This document shows, piece after piece, positions 31,005 through 40,984 of a stretch of DNA of 64,000 bases. The notes below the pieces were generated by a model. That model saw nothing but the letters and a program-made list of their open reading frames with translations. It made no database searches and was not told where the DNA came from. Source of the DNA: a virus; IMG/VR virus record IMGVR_UViG_3300047678_000094, positions 33,449 to 97,448 of that record; one strand, given 5' to 3'. Positions within the stretch are counted from its first letter, which is position 1, and each line of letters starts with the position of its first letter. The translations under genes were made by a program, and so were the position numbers.

Positions 31005-31680
31005 AAAATATGGGTTTGTATATGTTTGGTATGATTGTTGGAGAAAGATGTTCTACGTTGGTTGCCATTGGGGAACTGAAGATGATGGATATATTTGTTC
31101 TTCTGACAGAATGCGAAAAGCTTATCGAAGAAGACCAGAAGATTTCAAACGTCGAGTAGTGTTTCGTACAAACGAATCAAGACAAACACTACTCGACGTT
31201 GAAGATAGTTGGTTGAAGTTGATAAAAGAACACGAGATTGGAAAAAAATACTACAATCTCCGTGTTCACAAATTTGGTCACTGGTCTGCTGTCAAAGATT
31301 TATCGTTAAGTGTTAATCAAAAACTTTCTAGAGCACACAAAGGATACCACCGATCGCCTTCTACAGAATTCAAAAAGGGACAACGAATATCTCCATCTAC
31401 TGAATTTCAGAAAGGTGTCGGCTCGTTCAACTCTGGTAAAACGTTAGAAGAACAATTTGGAAAACGACGTGCTTCAGAAATTAAGAATAAGATGTCAAAA
31501 ACCAAAAAAGGAAAACCACTAAACTCTCCTACTAAATTCAAACCTGGTCAGCCTAGCTGGAATAAAGGATTGAAACGTACTTTTATCACAAATGGTTATG
31601 TTACTAAAGCATTATATGGTGATGATATAAGTATTCCTGAAGGATGGCGTAATGGTATGAAAAGTAGGAAAGCTGCATAA
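30997..31680 (+). mobile_element. GIY-YIG (Seg-like) homing endonuclease
   Basis: GFVYVW...FYVGCHWG...DGYICSS; SPSTEFKKG repeats. Confidence 0.85.
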
Positions 31681-33254
31681 TGGACCTTTTCGGTTTCAGA
31701 ATAACACGTAAGATTGATGGGAACGCGCCTCCGGTGTCTTTTGCTCCAGAGCAAAAGGATGACGGGGCGGTTCTCGCAGCTGCAGGTGGTATTCAAGGTG
31801 TATACATCGATCTTGATGGTAGCATCAGGAACGAAGCGGAGCTTGTCTCTAAATATCGTGAAATGTCGATGCATCCTGAGATCGACATTGCGATCGATGA
31901 CATCGTTAACGAAGCTATTTGCCTTGAAGACCTTAAGAAAACAGTCACTCTTAATCTAGACGAACTAGAACAACCACCAAAAATTAAAGAAATCATTCAA
32001 GGGGAATTCAATAATATTCTCAACTTGCTTGAGTTTCAGCATGGTGGGTATGAACTGTTCCGCCGTTGGTATGTGGATGGTAGACTCTACTACCACTTAA
32101 TCATCGATAACAAACTTCCGCAACTTGGCGTCCAAGAAATCCGTTATGTTGATCCTCGCAAAATCCGTAAGGTGCGTCATGTTAAACAGAAACAGATTCA
32201 AGGTATGCCGATCGTAGAGACGGTCGATGAGTATTATGTGTACAACCCTCGTGGGTTTGCTAAAGCTGTCTCTTCACCAGCAACGTTTTTTGGTGACAGT
32301 GGACAACTCACCGGACTTCGTATCTCAAAAGACGCGATCGCCCACTGCACCAGTGGATTAACTTCTATTAATGGTGATGTGGTTACTGGATACCTTCAAA
32401 AAGCCATTAAACCGCTTAACCAGCTTAAAGCGATGGAAGATTCGCTTGTCATCTATCGTATTTCAAGAGCCCCGGAACGTCGCGTGTTCTACATTGACGT
32501 TGGTAACCTCCCAAAATTAAAAGCTGAACAGTACCTTCGTGACGTTATGACGAAGTTCAAGAACAAGCTCGTCTATGATGCATCAAGCGGAGAAATCCGT
32601 GATGATCGTAAATTCATGACCATGCTAGAGGACTTCTGGCTACCAAGACGCGAAGGCGGTAAGGGAACAGAAATCACAACTCTCCCAGGTGGACAAAACC
32701 TTGGTGACATCGACGATATCAAATACTTCCAGAACAACCTGTATAAGTCTCTGAACGTTCCTATTACACGTCTCGACCCAACGCAGGCGTACACGCTCGG
32801 TCGTGCTACAGAAATTACCAGAGATGAGGTTAAGTTCACTAAGTTTGTGAAGCGCCTTCGCTCCCGTTTCTCTGATCTGTTCAATAAGATTCTTGAAAAA
32901 CAACTGATTTTAAAGGGTATCATCAACCAGGATGAATGGAAACAGATCAGACCATTCTTCCAGTACGTTTTTAACGATGATAGCCATACATCTGAACTGA
33001 AGGATCTGGAAATTCTCCGCGACCGCATCGAAGCGGTTGCCAACATGGCCGGTAATGGTATTACTGGAAAATATATGTCTCACCAGACTGTGCGTAAACA
33101 GATCCTTAAACAGAGCGAAGAAGATATCGAGCGCGAAAATGAGCTCATTATGGAGGAAATGACTAACCCAATTCTGTTCCCTCCAATGGAAGAATTAGCT
33201 CCAGCGCCTGAAGGACCACCACAAAGAAAACATCCGACACCCAAGAAAAAATAA
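31680..33254 (+). CDS. gp20: Portal protein gp20
   Basis: WYVDGR, IYRISRAPERRVFYIDVGN, EDFWLPRREGGKGTEI. Confidence 0.95.
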   Translation: MDLFGFRITRKIDGNAPPVSFAPEQKDDGAVLAAAGGIQGVYIDLDGSIRNEAELVSKYREMSMHPEIDIAIDDIVNEAICLEDLKKTVTLNLDELEQPPKIKEIIQGEFNNILNLLEFQHGGYELFRRWYVDGRLYYHLIIDNKLPQLGVQEIRYVDPRKIRKVRHVKQKQIQGMPIVETVDEYYVYNPRGFAKAVSSPATFFGDSGQLTGLRISKDAIAHCTSGLTSINGDVVTGYLQKAIKPLNQLKAMEDSLVIYRISRAPERRVFYIDVGNLPKLKAEQYLRDVMTKFKNKLVYDASSGEIRDDRKFMTMLEDFWLPRREGGKGTEITTLPGGQNLGDIDDIKYFQNNLYKSLNVPITRLDPTQAYTLGRATEITRDEVKFTKFVKRLRSRFSDLFNKILEKQLILKGIINQDEWKQIRPFFQYVFNDDSHTSELKDLEILRDRIEAVANMAGNGITGKYMSHQTVRKQILKQSEEDIERENELIMEEMTNPILFPPMEELAPAPEGPPQRKHPTPKKK

Positions 33255-33290
33255 AACATAAATATAACAGATTCAACGGAGAACTATCCC

Positions 33291-33701
33291 ATGCCAGAGC
33301 TAAAAGACCTAGTACAATTCGCTCTTGACAAGCAACCATCGAAGTTCAAGGACGCCTTCGCGGAACTCCTTGCAAATCGCGTTGTTGATCGAGTAGATGA
33401 ACTCAAAGCAGAAATTTCAGCGAACATGTTCGGTGAAGCTCCTGAAGAAGACGAAGAAGATCTCGATGATTCTGACGATGACGTGGTATTCGACGACGAC
33501 GAAGATGTTCTTGTAGATGACGAAGATCTCGCAGATTTTGATCTCGATGACGAAGACATGCCAGCCGACGATGAAGAAATCGACTTCGAAGATGAATATG
33601 AAGACGGAATAGTAGATGAGGATGATGATTCTTTTAATGAGGAAAGTCTCGACGCCCTAGAAGAAGAGACAACACATATTCACGCTAAAGCAGGCAAATA
33701 A
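33291..33701 (+). CDS. Highly acidic prohead core protein (gp67-like position)
   Basis: Asp/Glu-rich, directly after the portal gene. Confidence 0.55.
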   Translation: MPELKDLVQFALDKQPSKFKDAFAELLANRVVDRVDELKAEISANMFGEAPEEDEEDLDDSDDDVVFDDDEDVLVDDEDLADFDLDDEDMPADDEEIDFEDEYEDGIVDEDDDSFNEESLDALEEETTHIHAKAGK

Positions 33702-33703
33702 CA

Positions 33704-34702
33704 ATGACTAAGACATTAGGAAAACTGCGCCAGCAAACACTTAAACTAAAAGAGCTAGATGCTCCTTCGAGTGTTTCAAAAGGCACAAAGAATTTTGTGA
33801 AGAAACACGTGTATGTTGTGCATCCTGATGCTAACGAAAACGATGATGACGTATTCAAGGCCACAAACGTAAAGAAAGCAAAACGCTTTCCCGAACACGG
33901 CTATGAGAATGGACAAGACAAAGACGTCTATGAAGATTTCGATCGTGAAGAATATCACAAGACACAAGCAGATATCCATAACAGATATGCTGATGCTGTT
34001 GAAAAGAAAGACCCTGGTAAAGCTATTGTTTATCGTGAACTTGCTAGAAAGCATCTCCACCAAGCCAAAAAACATTCTCGTTTCCACGATTCAGTGACTA
34101 TGAAGAAAGGTCGCACCCGTGGAGAAGATCTTCTCGGAGATCATCGCGCTTCTCGTCGTATGGAAGGACAGCGACTTAAGGATCGTCAGAGAACAGAAGA
34201 AACTGAGCTTGATGAAATTTCCACGCCATTTGTTGTAGCTTTGAGTAGAGCTTTGCGTATCAAAAACGCTAGAAGCGGTGGTGGAGGATCATCTAATCGA
34301 AAGAAGTTGGAGAAACTTCGTCTTAAGAACAACAAACGTGAGCTTCTACTCAAACCTTCAATGCAAGACCCAGCGCAAACTGCGAGTATGGCGGCCTTTG
34401 ATGCTAAGATCGGACGTGCTGCTGAATACAAAGGTCACATGGCTGCCAAAGCAAAACGTGATGCAGCCAAGAAATATTGGGGTGAAGAAAAAATGAACGA
34501 AGATCATCACGAAGTAGCAGCTGGTAAGTATTCAGAAGGTTATGAGCACATTGAAGCTCTCAGCGAGAAAGATCAAGCTCTTCTTGTAGATACATATAAT
34601 AGTCTCACTAAAGAAAACCAAGAACGCTTCCTTGAGCTTGCTGAATCAGAAGAAGGTGTCGATCAACTTATTGACTTCGCCATCACACAAAGGGTTGACT
34701 AA
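33704..34702 (+). CDS. Putative prohead core/internal head protein
   Basis: Charged, His/Lys-rich, between portal and protease; several candidate Glu cleavage sites (VYE, LDE, MNE). Confidence 0.5.
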   Translation: MTKTLGKLRQQTLKLKELDAPSSVSKGTKNFVKKHVYVVHPDANENDDDVFKATNVKKAKRFPEHGYENGQDKDVYEDFDREEYHKTQADIHNRYADAVEKKDPGKAIVYRELARKHLHQAKKHSRFHDSVTMKKGRTRGEDLLGDHRASRRMEGQRLKDRQRTEETELDEISTPFVVALSRALRIKNARSGGGGSSNRKKLEKLRLKNNKRELLLKPSMQDPAQTASMAAFDAKIGRAAEYKGHMAAKAKRDAAKKYWGEEKMNEDHHEVAAGKYSEGYEHIEALSEKDQALLVDTYNSLTKENQERFLELAESEEGVDQLIDFAITQRVD

Positions 34703-35112
34703 TGACCGTTACGGTACAGAAAAATCAGAAGAATGGTGTCGTAACCATCCACTTCAACGCTAGCGGTTCAATCGTTATTGCTGGTAACAACAGTGTGTCC
34801 AACGTAGCTATTGGCGCTGAGATAATCGAGACAGCTCCAATTAACCAGGTTTGGGCAGGATCACCATCTGGTAACGCAGCTTATTGGGAAATTAAACGTG
34901 ATGGCACACTGGTCGCAACAATCGACTCTACGTGTTATCTCGACTTCGCCGGCAACGGAAACCAGCTTACAGTAGCTGCCAACGGTGCCAACCTTACCGC
35001 TAACCTTATTGGTGCAACATCCGGTTTCCTTGTTGTCGAGCTACAGAAACTCGGCGCTGGTGGAAGACCGCCGCTTGGTGCTAATAGCGACTACTTTGTA
35101 GCAGGACAGTAA
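34702..35112 (+). CDS. Hypothetical virion protein
   Basis: 136-aa beta-rich ORF in the head operon. Confidence 0.55.
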   Translation: MTVTVQKNQKNGVVTIHFNASGSIVIAGNNSVSNVAIGAEIIETAPINQVWAGSPSGNAAYWEIKRDGTLVATIDSTCYLDFAGNGNQLTVAANGANLTANLIGATSGFLVVELQKLGAGGRPPLGANSDYFVAGQ

Positions 35113-35117
35113 CCACA

Positions 35118-35984
35118 ATGAAACTCATCACAGAAGTTTACGAAGACGTAAAACTTGTCACAGAAGGCAAGGAAGGCGAAGCGAAAACACACTTCATCGA
35201 AGGTGTGTTCATGATGGGTAACATTCAAAACCGTAACGGGCGTTTCTATCCAGTCAATGTTCTGGAAAACGCCGTAACGAAATATCAAAAAACATACATC
35301 GACAACAAACGCGCATTTGGTGAACTTGGGCACCCAGAAGGTCCATCTATTAACCTTGATCGCGTATCCCACCTTATTGAGAAACTAGAACGCAACGGCG
35401 ACAATTATATGGGTCGCGCGAAGATTCTCGACACACCAATGGGTAACATTGTTGTAGGAATTCTCAAAGGTGGTGGTAAGATCGGGGTTTCGACCCGTGG
35501 TCTTGGATCACTAGAAGAAACAAACAAGGGTTACAAGCTTGTTAAAGACGACTTCTTCCTTTCGACAGCGGCCGATATCGTGGCCGATCCATCAGCACCA
35601 GATGCCTTCGTAAATGGCATCATGGAAGGCGTTGATTGGTGCTGGAAGAACGACCAACTAATCGCGGAAAAAACCCGCACTGCAGTTGAAAAAGCTGTAT
35701 CATCCCGCGAACTGGAAGATCGAAAGCTCAAAATCTTCGAAAACTTCATTCGTGGAATTGCTTCTTTAAATGAGACCACACGGTCCATGAATTTGGTGCA
35801 TGATTACAAAGGAAATCACATCGGCTATCAATCTAAATCTGGTGAATACTTTGCCAAACCAGCAAATGGTGGTTTCGGTCACGAAGAAAATTCATCTGCT
35901 AGACCATCAGGATCTAGAGTATCCAACAAAACAATCTTAATGCACTATAAAGATAAAGATTCAAAGTCAAAACATTATAAATAA
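35118..35984 (+). CDS. gp21: Prohead protease gp21 with C-terminal extension
   Basis: MKLITE, NRNGRFYP, GELGHP, GVSTRGLGSL, DIVADPSAPDA. Confidence 0.95.
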   Translation: MKLITEVYEDVKLVTEGKEGEAKTHFIEGVFMMGNIQNRNGRFYPVNVLENAVTKYQKTYIDNKRAFGELGHPEGPSINLDRVSHLIEKLERNGDNYMGRAKILDTPMGNIVVGILKGGGKIGVSTRGLGSLEETNKGYKLVKDDFFLSTAADIVADPSAPDAFVNGIMEGVDWCWKNDQLIAEKTRTAVEKAVSSRELEDRKLKIFENFIRGIASLNETTRSMNLVHDYKGNHIGYQSKSGEYFAKPANGGFGHEENSSARPSGSRVSNKTILMHYKDKDSKSKHYK

Positions 35985-36010
35985 TACTAGATAAAACGGA
36001 GTTAAGGAAA

Positions 36011-36970
36011 ATGCCTAAAGCAACCAAGTCAACCGTAGCAGAAGAATCAGCAGCAGCTGCTACGCTTAAACCAAATCCATCGCGCGCTTCTATGCTCGCG
36101 ACGTTCACACAGATGCTTGCTCAGCTAGGTATGGAAGATCTTACTCACTTCTTCAACGACTCGATTGCACAAATCGGTAAAGAAGCAGCTAACATCGATC
36201 CAAACGCCGCTGCTAAAAACGTAGCAACTATCGCAACAAAAGAAGACATCGACGAAGTATTCGCCGGTGAAGAACTCTCAGAAGAATTCAAGACCAAAGC
36301 TGCTGAGATCTTCGGAGCTCTTGTTGAAGCGCGTGTCGTGCTTCGTACAGCAGAAATCGAAGAACAGTTCGAAGAAAAGATGAAAGATGAAGCGGAAGCT
36401 ATCATCGAACAGGTAACGGACACACTTGACCAATACCTAAACTACGTAGCTTCTGAATGGCTCAAAGAAAATGAAGTTGAAGTTGAAAAATCACTTCGTT
36501 CTGAAATCGCCGAGTCGTTCCTCGAAGGTCTCTACAATCTCTTCACTGAAAACAACATCAAGGTTCCTGAGGCAAAGATTGACGTTGTCGAACAACTCGC
36601 AGCACGTGTTGAGCGACTTGAAGCAGAACTAGACGAAGAAGTAAACAAGAACATTGAACTCCAGACTGAAATCGAAGAAGGTGCCCGTGCCGCTGTATTC
36701 GCTGATGTGACTGAGGGATTGGTGGCAACGCAAGTTGAGAAATTCCGCACACTTTCGGAAGGAATCGAATTTGCTGATCCTGAATCATTCAAACGTAAGC
36801 TTTCTGTGATCAAAGAAAAACACTTCTCTGGTAAGTCAGATACAGCACCAAACTTTGGTGTTCTGACAGAAGAGAATGATGTACCGCTAGACGAAGCTGA
36901 TGTTAAAAAACCAGCTAACCCAGCTATGAGTCGTTATGTTCAAGCTATCTCCCAGACTTCTGGGGAATAA
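36011..36970 (+). CDS. gp22: Prohead scaffold protein gp22
   Basis: LSEEFKTKAAEIF, YLNYVASEW, acidic coiled coil, MSRYV; TATAAATA at 35976. Confidence 0.9.
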   Translation: MPKATKSTVAEESAAAATLKPNPSRASMLATFTQMLAQLGMEDLTHFFNDSIAQIGKEAANIDPNAAAKNVATIATKEDIDEVFAGEELSEEFKTKAAEIFGALVEARVVLRTAEIEEQFEEKMKDEAEAIIEQVTDTLDQYLNYVASEWLKENEVEVEKSLRSEIAESFLEGLYNLFTENNIKVPEAKIDVVEQLAARVERLEAELDEEVNKNIELQTEIEEGARAAVFADVTEGLVATQVEKFRTLSEGIEFADPESFKRKLSVIKEKHFSGKSDTAPNFGVLTEENDVPLDEADVKKPANPAMSRYVQAISQTSGE

Positions 36971-37047
36971 CCCAACTCAAGCACTATAAAAGACTAAATA
37001 AATCTAACAACGAGAGAAAATTAAATCTCACTAAGGAGTAGAAGAAA

Positions 37048-38397
37048 ATGTTAGCCAAAGAACTTTACAAGAAGTGGGGAGAAGTGCTTGAGCACAAAGA
37101 CCTGCCAGAACTCAAAGCTGGTCAGCGTAAGTTTGTGACAGCTCACTGCCTTGAGAACACAGAGACTGCTCTGCGCGAATCAGGCCAGTTCGGCTCTCAG
37201 CAACTCCTTGGTGAGGCTGTGCCTACCAACGCTACAGGCTCAAACGTCGACAACTTCGACCCAGTTCTAATTTCACTGGTTCGCCGTTCGATGCCAAACC
37301 TTATCGCCTACGACATTTGCGGCGTTCAGCCTATGACAGGACCAACTGGTCTTATCTTCGCAATGCGTTCACGTTATGCGAACCAAGCCGGAACAGAAGC
37401 TTTCTATAACGAAGCTGATGCTGGTTGGTCTTCACGCTCAGGGGCTAACGCCGCTGTAGCTGCTACCGGCGCTTCTGGCGCTACGGACTTCGGTGCCAAC
37501 ACTGTTGGTACCGCACCAGGCGTTTCAAACAACGCAGGTAACTCGACCTACAACACAACCATGGGTCTAATCCTTGGTACGGCTGAAGGTCTGGGATCTA
37601 ACTCAACGGCTATCTTCCCAGAGATGGCGTTCAGCATCGAGAAAGTGACCGTTTCGGCCAAATCTCGTGCTCTGAAAGCCGAGTACTCACTCGAGCTTGC
37701 ACAAGACCTGAAAGCTATCCACGGTCTTGACGCTGAGACAGAACTTTCGAACATCCTTTCAGGCGAAATCCTGGCTGAGATCAACCGTGAAGTTGTGCGC
37801 TCAATCATCATCACTGCTAAACAGGGTGCAACCGAAGGTACTACAACTTCAGGTATCTTCGATCTTGATACAGACTCAAATGGCCGTTGGTCAGTTGAGA
37901 AGTTCAAAGGTATGATGTTCCAGATCGAACGCGAAGCCAACAAAATCGCCCGCGACACCCGTCGTGGCCGTGGTAACATGATCATCTGTTCTTCAGACGT
38001 CGCTTCGGCTCTGAATGCTGCAGGTGTTCTTGATTACACACCAGCCCTTGCTGGAAACAACCTCGCAGTGGACGATACAGGTTACACCTTCGCCGGTGTC
38101 CTAAACGGTCGCACGAAAGTGTTCCTCGACCCATACGCTGGTGCCAACTATATGGTATCTGGCTTCAAGGGTGCGAACGCCTTCGACGCCGGTCTCTTCT
38201 ACTGCCCATACGTGCCACTACAAATGGTGCGTGCTGTTGACCCATCAACGTTCCAACCAAAAATCGGCTTCAAAACCCGTTATGGTATGGCACCAAACCC
38301 ATTCGCAAAAGGCACAACAGCTGCCGATGCGAACGCCGCTCTCGAGCAAGACTCGAACGTTTATTATCGTCGTATGCTCATAAATAATCTGATGTGA
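37048..38397 (+). CDS. gp23: Major capsid protein gp23
   Basis: GVQPMTGPTGLIFAMR, ELAQDLKAIHGLDAE, YCPYVPL, GFKTRYG. Confidence 0.97.
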   Translation: MLAKELYKKWGEVLEHKDLPELKAGQRKFVTAHCLENTETALRESGQFGSQQLLGEAVPTNATGSNVDNFDPVLISLVRRSMPNLIAYDICGVQPMTGPTGLIFAMRSRYANQAGTEAFYNEADAGWSSRSGANAAVAATGASGATDFGANTVGTAPGVSNNAGNSTYNTTMGLILGTAEGLGSNSTAIFPEMAFSIEKVTVSAKSRALKAEYSLELAQDLKAIHGLDAETELSNILSGEILAEINREVVRSIIITAKQGATEGTTTSGIFDLDTDSNGRWSVEKFKGMMFQIEREANKIARDTRRGRGNMIICSSDVASALNAAGVLDYTPALAGNNLAVDDTGYTFAGVLNGRTKVFLDPYAGANYMVSGFKGANAFDAGLFYCPYVPLQMVRAVDPSTFQPKIGFKTRYGMAPNPFAKGTTAADANAALEQDSNVYYRRMLINNLM

Positions 38398-38399
38398 TG

Positions 38400-38460
38400 G
38401 ACTCTGTAAATGTATAAATAATGGCGAGGCTTCGGTCTCGCCATTATCATTTGGAGAGTC
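38400..38460 (+). promoter_or_regulatory. Late promoter within a long UUCG hairpin that also pairs with the RBS
   Basis: gactct..aaatg..ataatggcgaggc-ttcg-gtctcgccattat..cattt..agagtc; TATAAATA 38413-38420. Confidence 0.6.
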
Positions 38461-38462
38461 TA

Positions 38463-39170
38463 ATGCAAGAAGAATATGGTTTCGTATACATTTGGTACGA
38501 CAAAAAGATGAATAGATTTTATGTTGGTTGTCATTGGGGACGTGTAGATGATGGATATGTGTGTAGTTCTAAGTGGATGCGTAATGCATATAAACGAAGG
38601 CCATCCGATTTCAGAAGAAAAATCCTTACAACAAATATCACAGATAGATCTGAACTACTAGAAGCGGAATTCAAGTGGCTTTCTATGATTAAAGAATCTG
38701 AACTAAAAACAAAATATTACAACTTATCGAAACATCATTTCGCTCATTGGTCTGCCAGACCTGATGCTAAATCAATTGCAAAGAAATCTGGAGATTCTCG
38801 CAGAGGCAAATCACCAAACAATGACCCAAAAATGCTGATTGAACGTGGAAAGAAGATTTCCGCTAAGATGTCTGGAAGAACATTCTCCGCTGAACATAAA
38901 GAGAAACTCCGTCAAGCGAAGCTTGGTAAGAAACAAACCGAGCGGCAGAAATTAAAACGTTCTGAAAGTCTAAAATTTGCATGGGCAAACGGCAACAGAC
39001 CACGTAAGAAACCTTCTATGACTATTGAAGAACAAGGTAAGCTTTCATCCAACAGACTTAAAGGTCTCTGGTCTGACCCTATATGGGCAGCGTCCCAGCG
39101 CGAAAAGCTTCGCATTGGCGCTCGGCAGAGATACCTAAATAAATCGAAGCAGACGAAAGAAGCTGCCTAG
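38463..39170 (+). mobile_element. GIY-YIG (Seg-like) homing endonuclease
   Basis: GFVYIW...FYVGCHWG...DGYVCSS; FSAEHKEKL; ATG at 38463 follows ggagag. Confidence 0.85.
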
Positions 39171-39181
39171 TAGAGTTCAAC

Positions 39182-39213
39182 TGGGCCGTTCTGCAAGGAG
39201 CGGCCCACATTTC
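39182..39213 (+). terminator. Probable intrinsic terminator
   Basis: tgggccgttc-tgcaag-gagcggccca followed by a short T-rich tract. Confidence 0.55.
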
Positions 39214-39304
39214 TATAACACAAAGAAATAATTTCAACTTTCGCTTGACTAACCTGCAAAAGACGATATAATCAGTAATGTCACTGTGAATACCGAGGAC
39301 CATT

Positions 39305-39820
39305 ATGACTGACAGTATGCCTACCAATATCAATATGCTAAGTCAACTTGGCTTTAAGTTTACGCTGGCGCGCGCTCCGAACCTTGTTTACTTCACGAAT
39401 GTTGTAGAGTTACCAGGTATAAATCTCAGTGTGGCAGAGCAGTCAACCCCATTTGTTTCAATACCTTTTAGCGGTAAGTGTTCTTATGAGGATCTTACCA
39501 TACAATTTAAAATCGATGAGAACTTCGGTAACTGGCTTGAGTTACATGATTGGATCACTGCATTAGGTTCTCCAGTTGATTTTAGTGGATTTCGTACTCT
39601 CAAAGAAAAGCCTCTAGGAGACAAAAAAGGCTTGACTTCTGATATAGAACTCACTATAATGAAGAGTAGTATGACACCTAATGTTGGGATCACATTCAAG
39701 GATGCGTTCCCTGTATCAATTTCCCCATTGACGTTTAGTTCCCAGGATCTTGATGTTGAGTATCTTTCGGGTACTGCTTCATTCAGATATCTCTCTTATT
39801 CAGTACGTAGAACTACCTAA
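39305..39820 (+). CDS. gp3: Tail completion/tube terminator gp3
   Basis: LSQLGFKF, LPGINL, FKIDENFGNW, FKDAFPVSIS, ASFRY. Confidence 0.85.
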   Translation: MTDSMPTNINMLSQLGFKFTLARAPNLVYFTNVVELPGINLSVAEQSTPFVSIPFSGKCSYEDLTIQFKIDENFGNWLELHDWITALGSPVDFSGFRTLKEKPLGDKKGLTSDIELTIMKSSMTPNVGITFKDAFPVSISPLTFSSQDLDVEYLSGTASFRYLSYSVRRTT

Positions 39821-39949
39821 TGCTTCGGAAGCCCTGCACTCGCGAAGACTGTAAAGGGTTCTATTTCCCTGAAGGCGGGACACGGTGTTACAACAAAGAT
39901 TGTTAGTAAAACGTGAAGCTTCAAAACACAGGTAAGAAGGAAGAAAGAG

Positions 39950-40036
39950 ATGCTAAGTAGGATTATCCTAGGAATCGGTTGTGCTCTGGCTGTTGCTGCA
40001 CTGATTTATCAAATCTACATTATGATGACGCCTTAA
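39950..40036 (+). CDS. Small membrane peptide
   Basis: MLSRIILGIGCALAVAALIYQIYIMMTP with a purine-rich leader; below the ORF-track cutoff. Confidence 0.4.
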   Translation: MLSRIILGIGCALAVAALIYQIYIMMTP

Positions 40037-40037
40037 A

Positions 40038-40475
40038 ATGAAGCTTGATGATATTTTTACATTATGGGAAGCCGACAGCAAGATCGACAGGACGGAGTTG
40101 GGTGAGGAAAGCCTCAAGATAGCCCAACTCCACCACAAGTATTTTAAGATCTTCTCCAATGAACGTCTTACACTGAAGAAGCTCACCGTTGACTACAAAC
40201 GGTTAAAGCTCCAGAAGTATGAGTTCTATACAATGGGACCAACGGAAGAGTCACAGAAGCTAGGATGGGAACTCCCACCACAGGGTAAGATTCTCCGCGC
40301 GGATGCAATGCAATATGTTGAGAACGATAAAGACATCGTTGAGATTTCACTGAAGATTGGCCTCCAGGAAGAGAAGCTTGAACTTCTAGAGTCTATCATT
40401 AAGGGCCTAAATAGTCGTGGGTTCAATATCAAGACAGCACTAGATTACCTGAAATTCACCAGCGGAGTTAATTGA
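40038..40475 (+). CDS. uvsY: Recombination mediator UvsY
   Basis: WEADSKID, LHHKY, RGFNIKTALDYLKFTSG. Confidence 0.85.
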   Translation: MKLDDIFTLWEADSKIDRTELGEESLKIAQLHHKYFKIFSNERLTLKKLTVDYKRLKLQKYEFYTMGPTEESQKLGWELPPQGKILRADAMQYVENDKDIVEISLKIGLQEEKLELLESIIKGLNSRGFNIKTALDYLKFTSGVN

Positions 40476-40984
40476 TCGTGGATTATTATGTAGACTTTGA
40501 GTTCACAAAATTCGAAGGTGAGATTATCTCTGTCGGAATCGTTTCAGAAACGGGTAAGGAACTCTACCTCGCTCTTACTGATAGGGTTCTGAAGGTTGAA
40601 GAGAACCAAGGACTTATTGATCCTTGGGTTGTAAAGAATGTGATTCCTCTTATTGATGCCGGAGACGCTGAAGCGGAACGCTATGATGAGCGTCGCGATA
40701 TCAAAGAAAAGTGGCCTCTCAGAATCTATCAATACCTACTTGACACACAGAACCACGTAAGACAACCGGCAACCTTTATCACCGATTGGTGGGAGGATGT
40801 AAAGTTAATGTCTGGTCTGATGATTACAGGACCAGGCGCTTCTATCAACGTCCCGCACGGCACCTTTGTCGTAACTCGCGCAGATACGTATCCAACAACT
40901 CTTGAAGGCGCTGTACAACACAACGCTCTTTGGGATGCGCGTGTACTGAAGCATGAGATCGGGAGATTCCAGGAACGATATTAA
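40472..40984 (+). CDS. DEDDh 3'-5' exonuclease
   Basis: YVDFEF, ISVGIV, HNALWDAR. Confidence 0.75.
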   Translation: MIVDYYVDFEFTKFEGEIISVGIVSETGKELYLALTDRVLKVEENQGLIDPWVVKNVIPLIDAGDAEAERYDERRDIKEKWPLRIYQYLLDTQNHVRQPATFITDWWEDVKLMSGLMITGPGASINVPHGTFVVTRADTYPTTLEGAVQHNALWDARVLKHEIGRFQERY

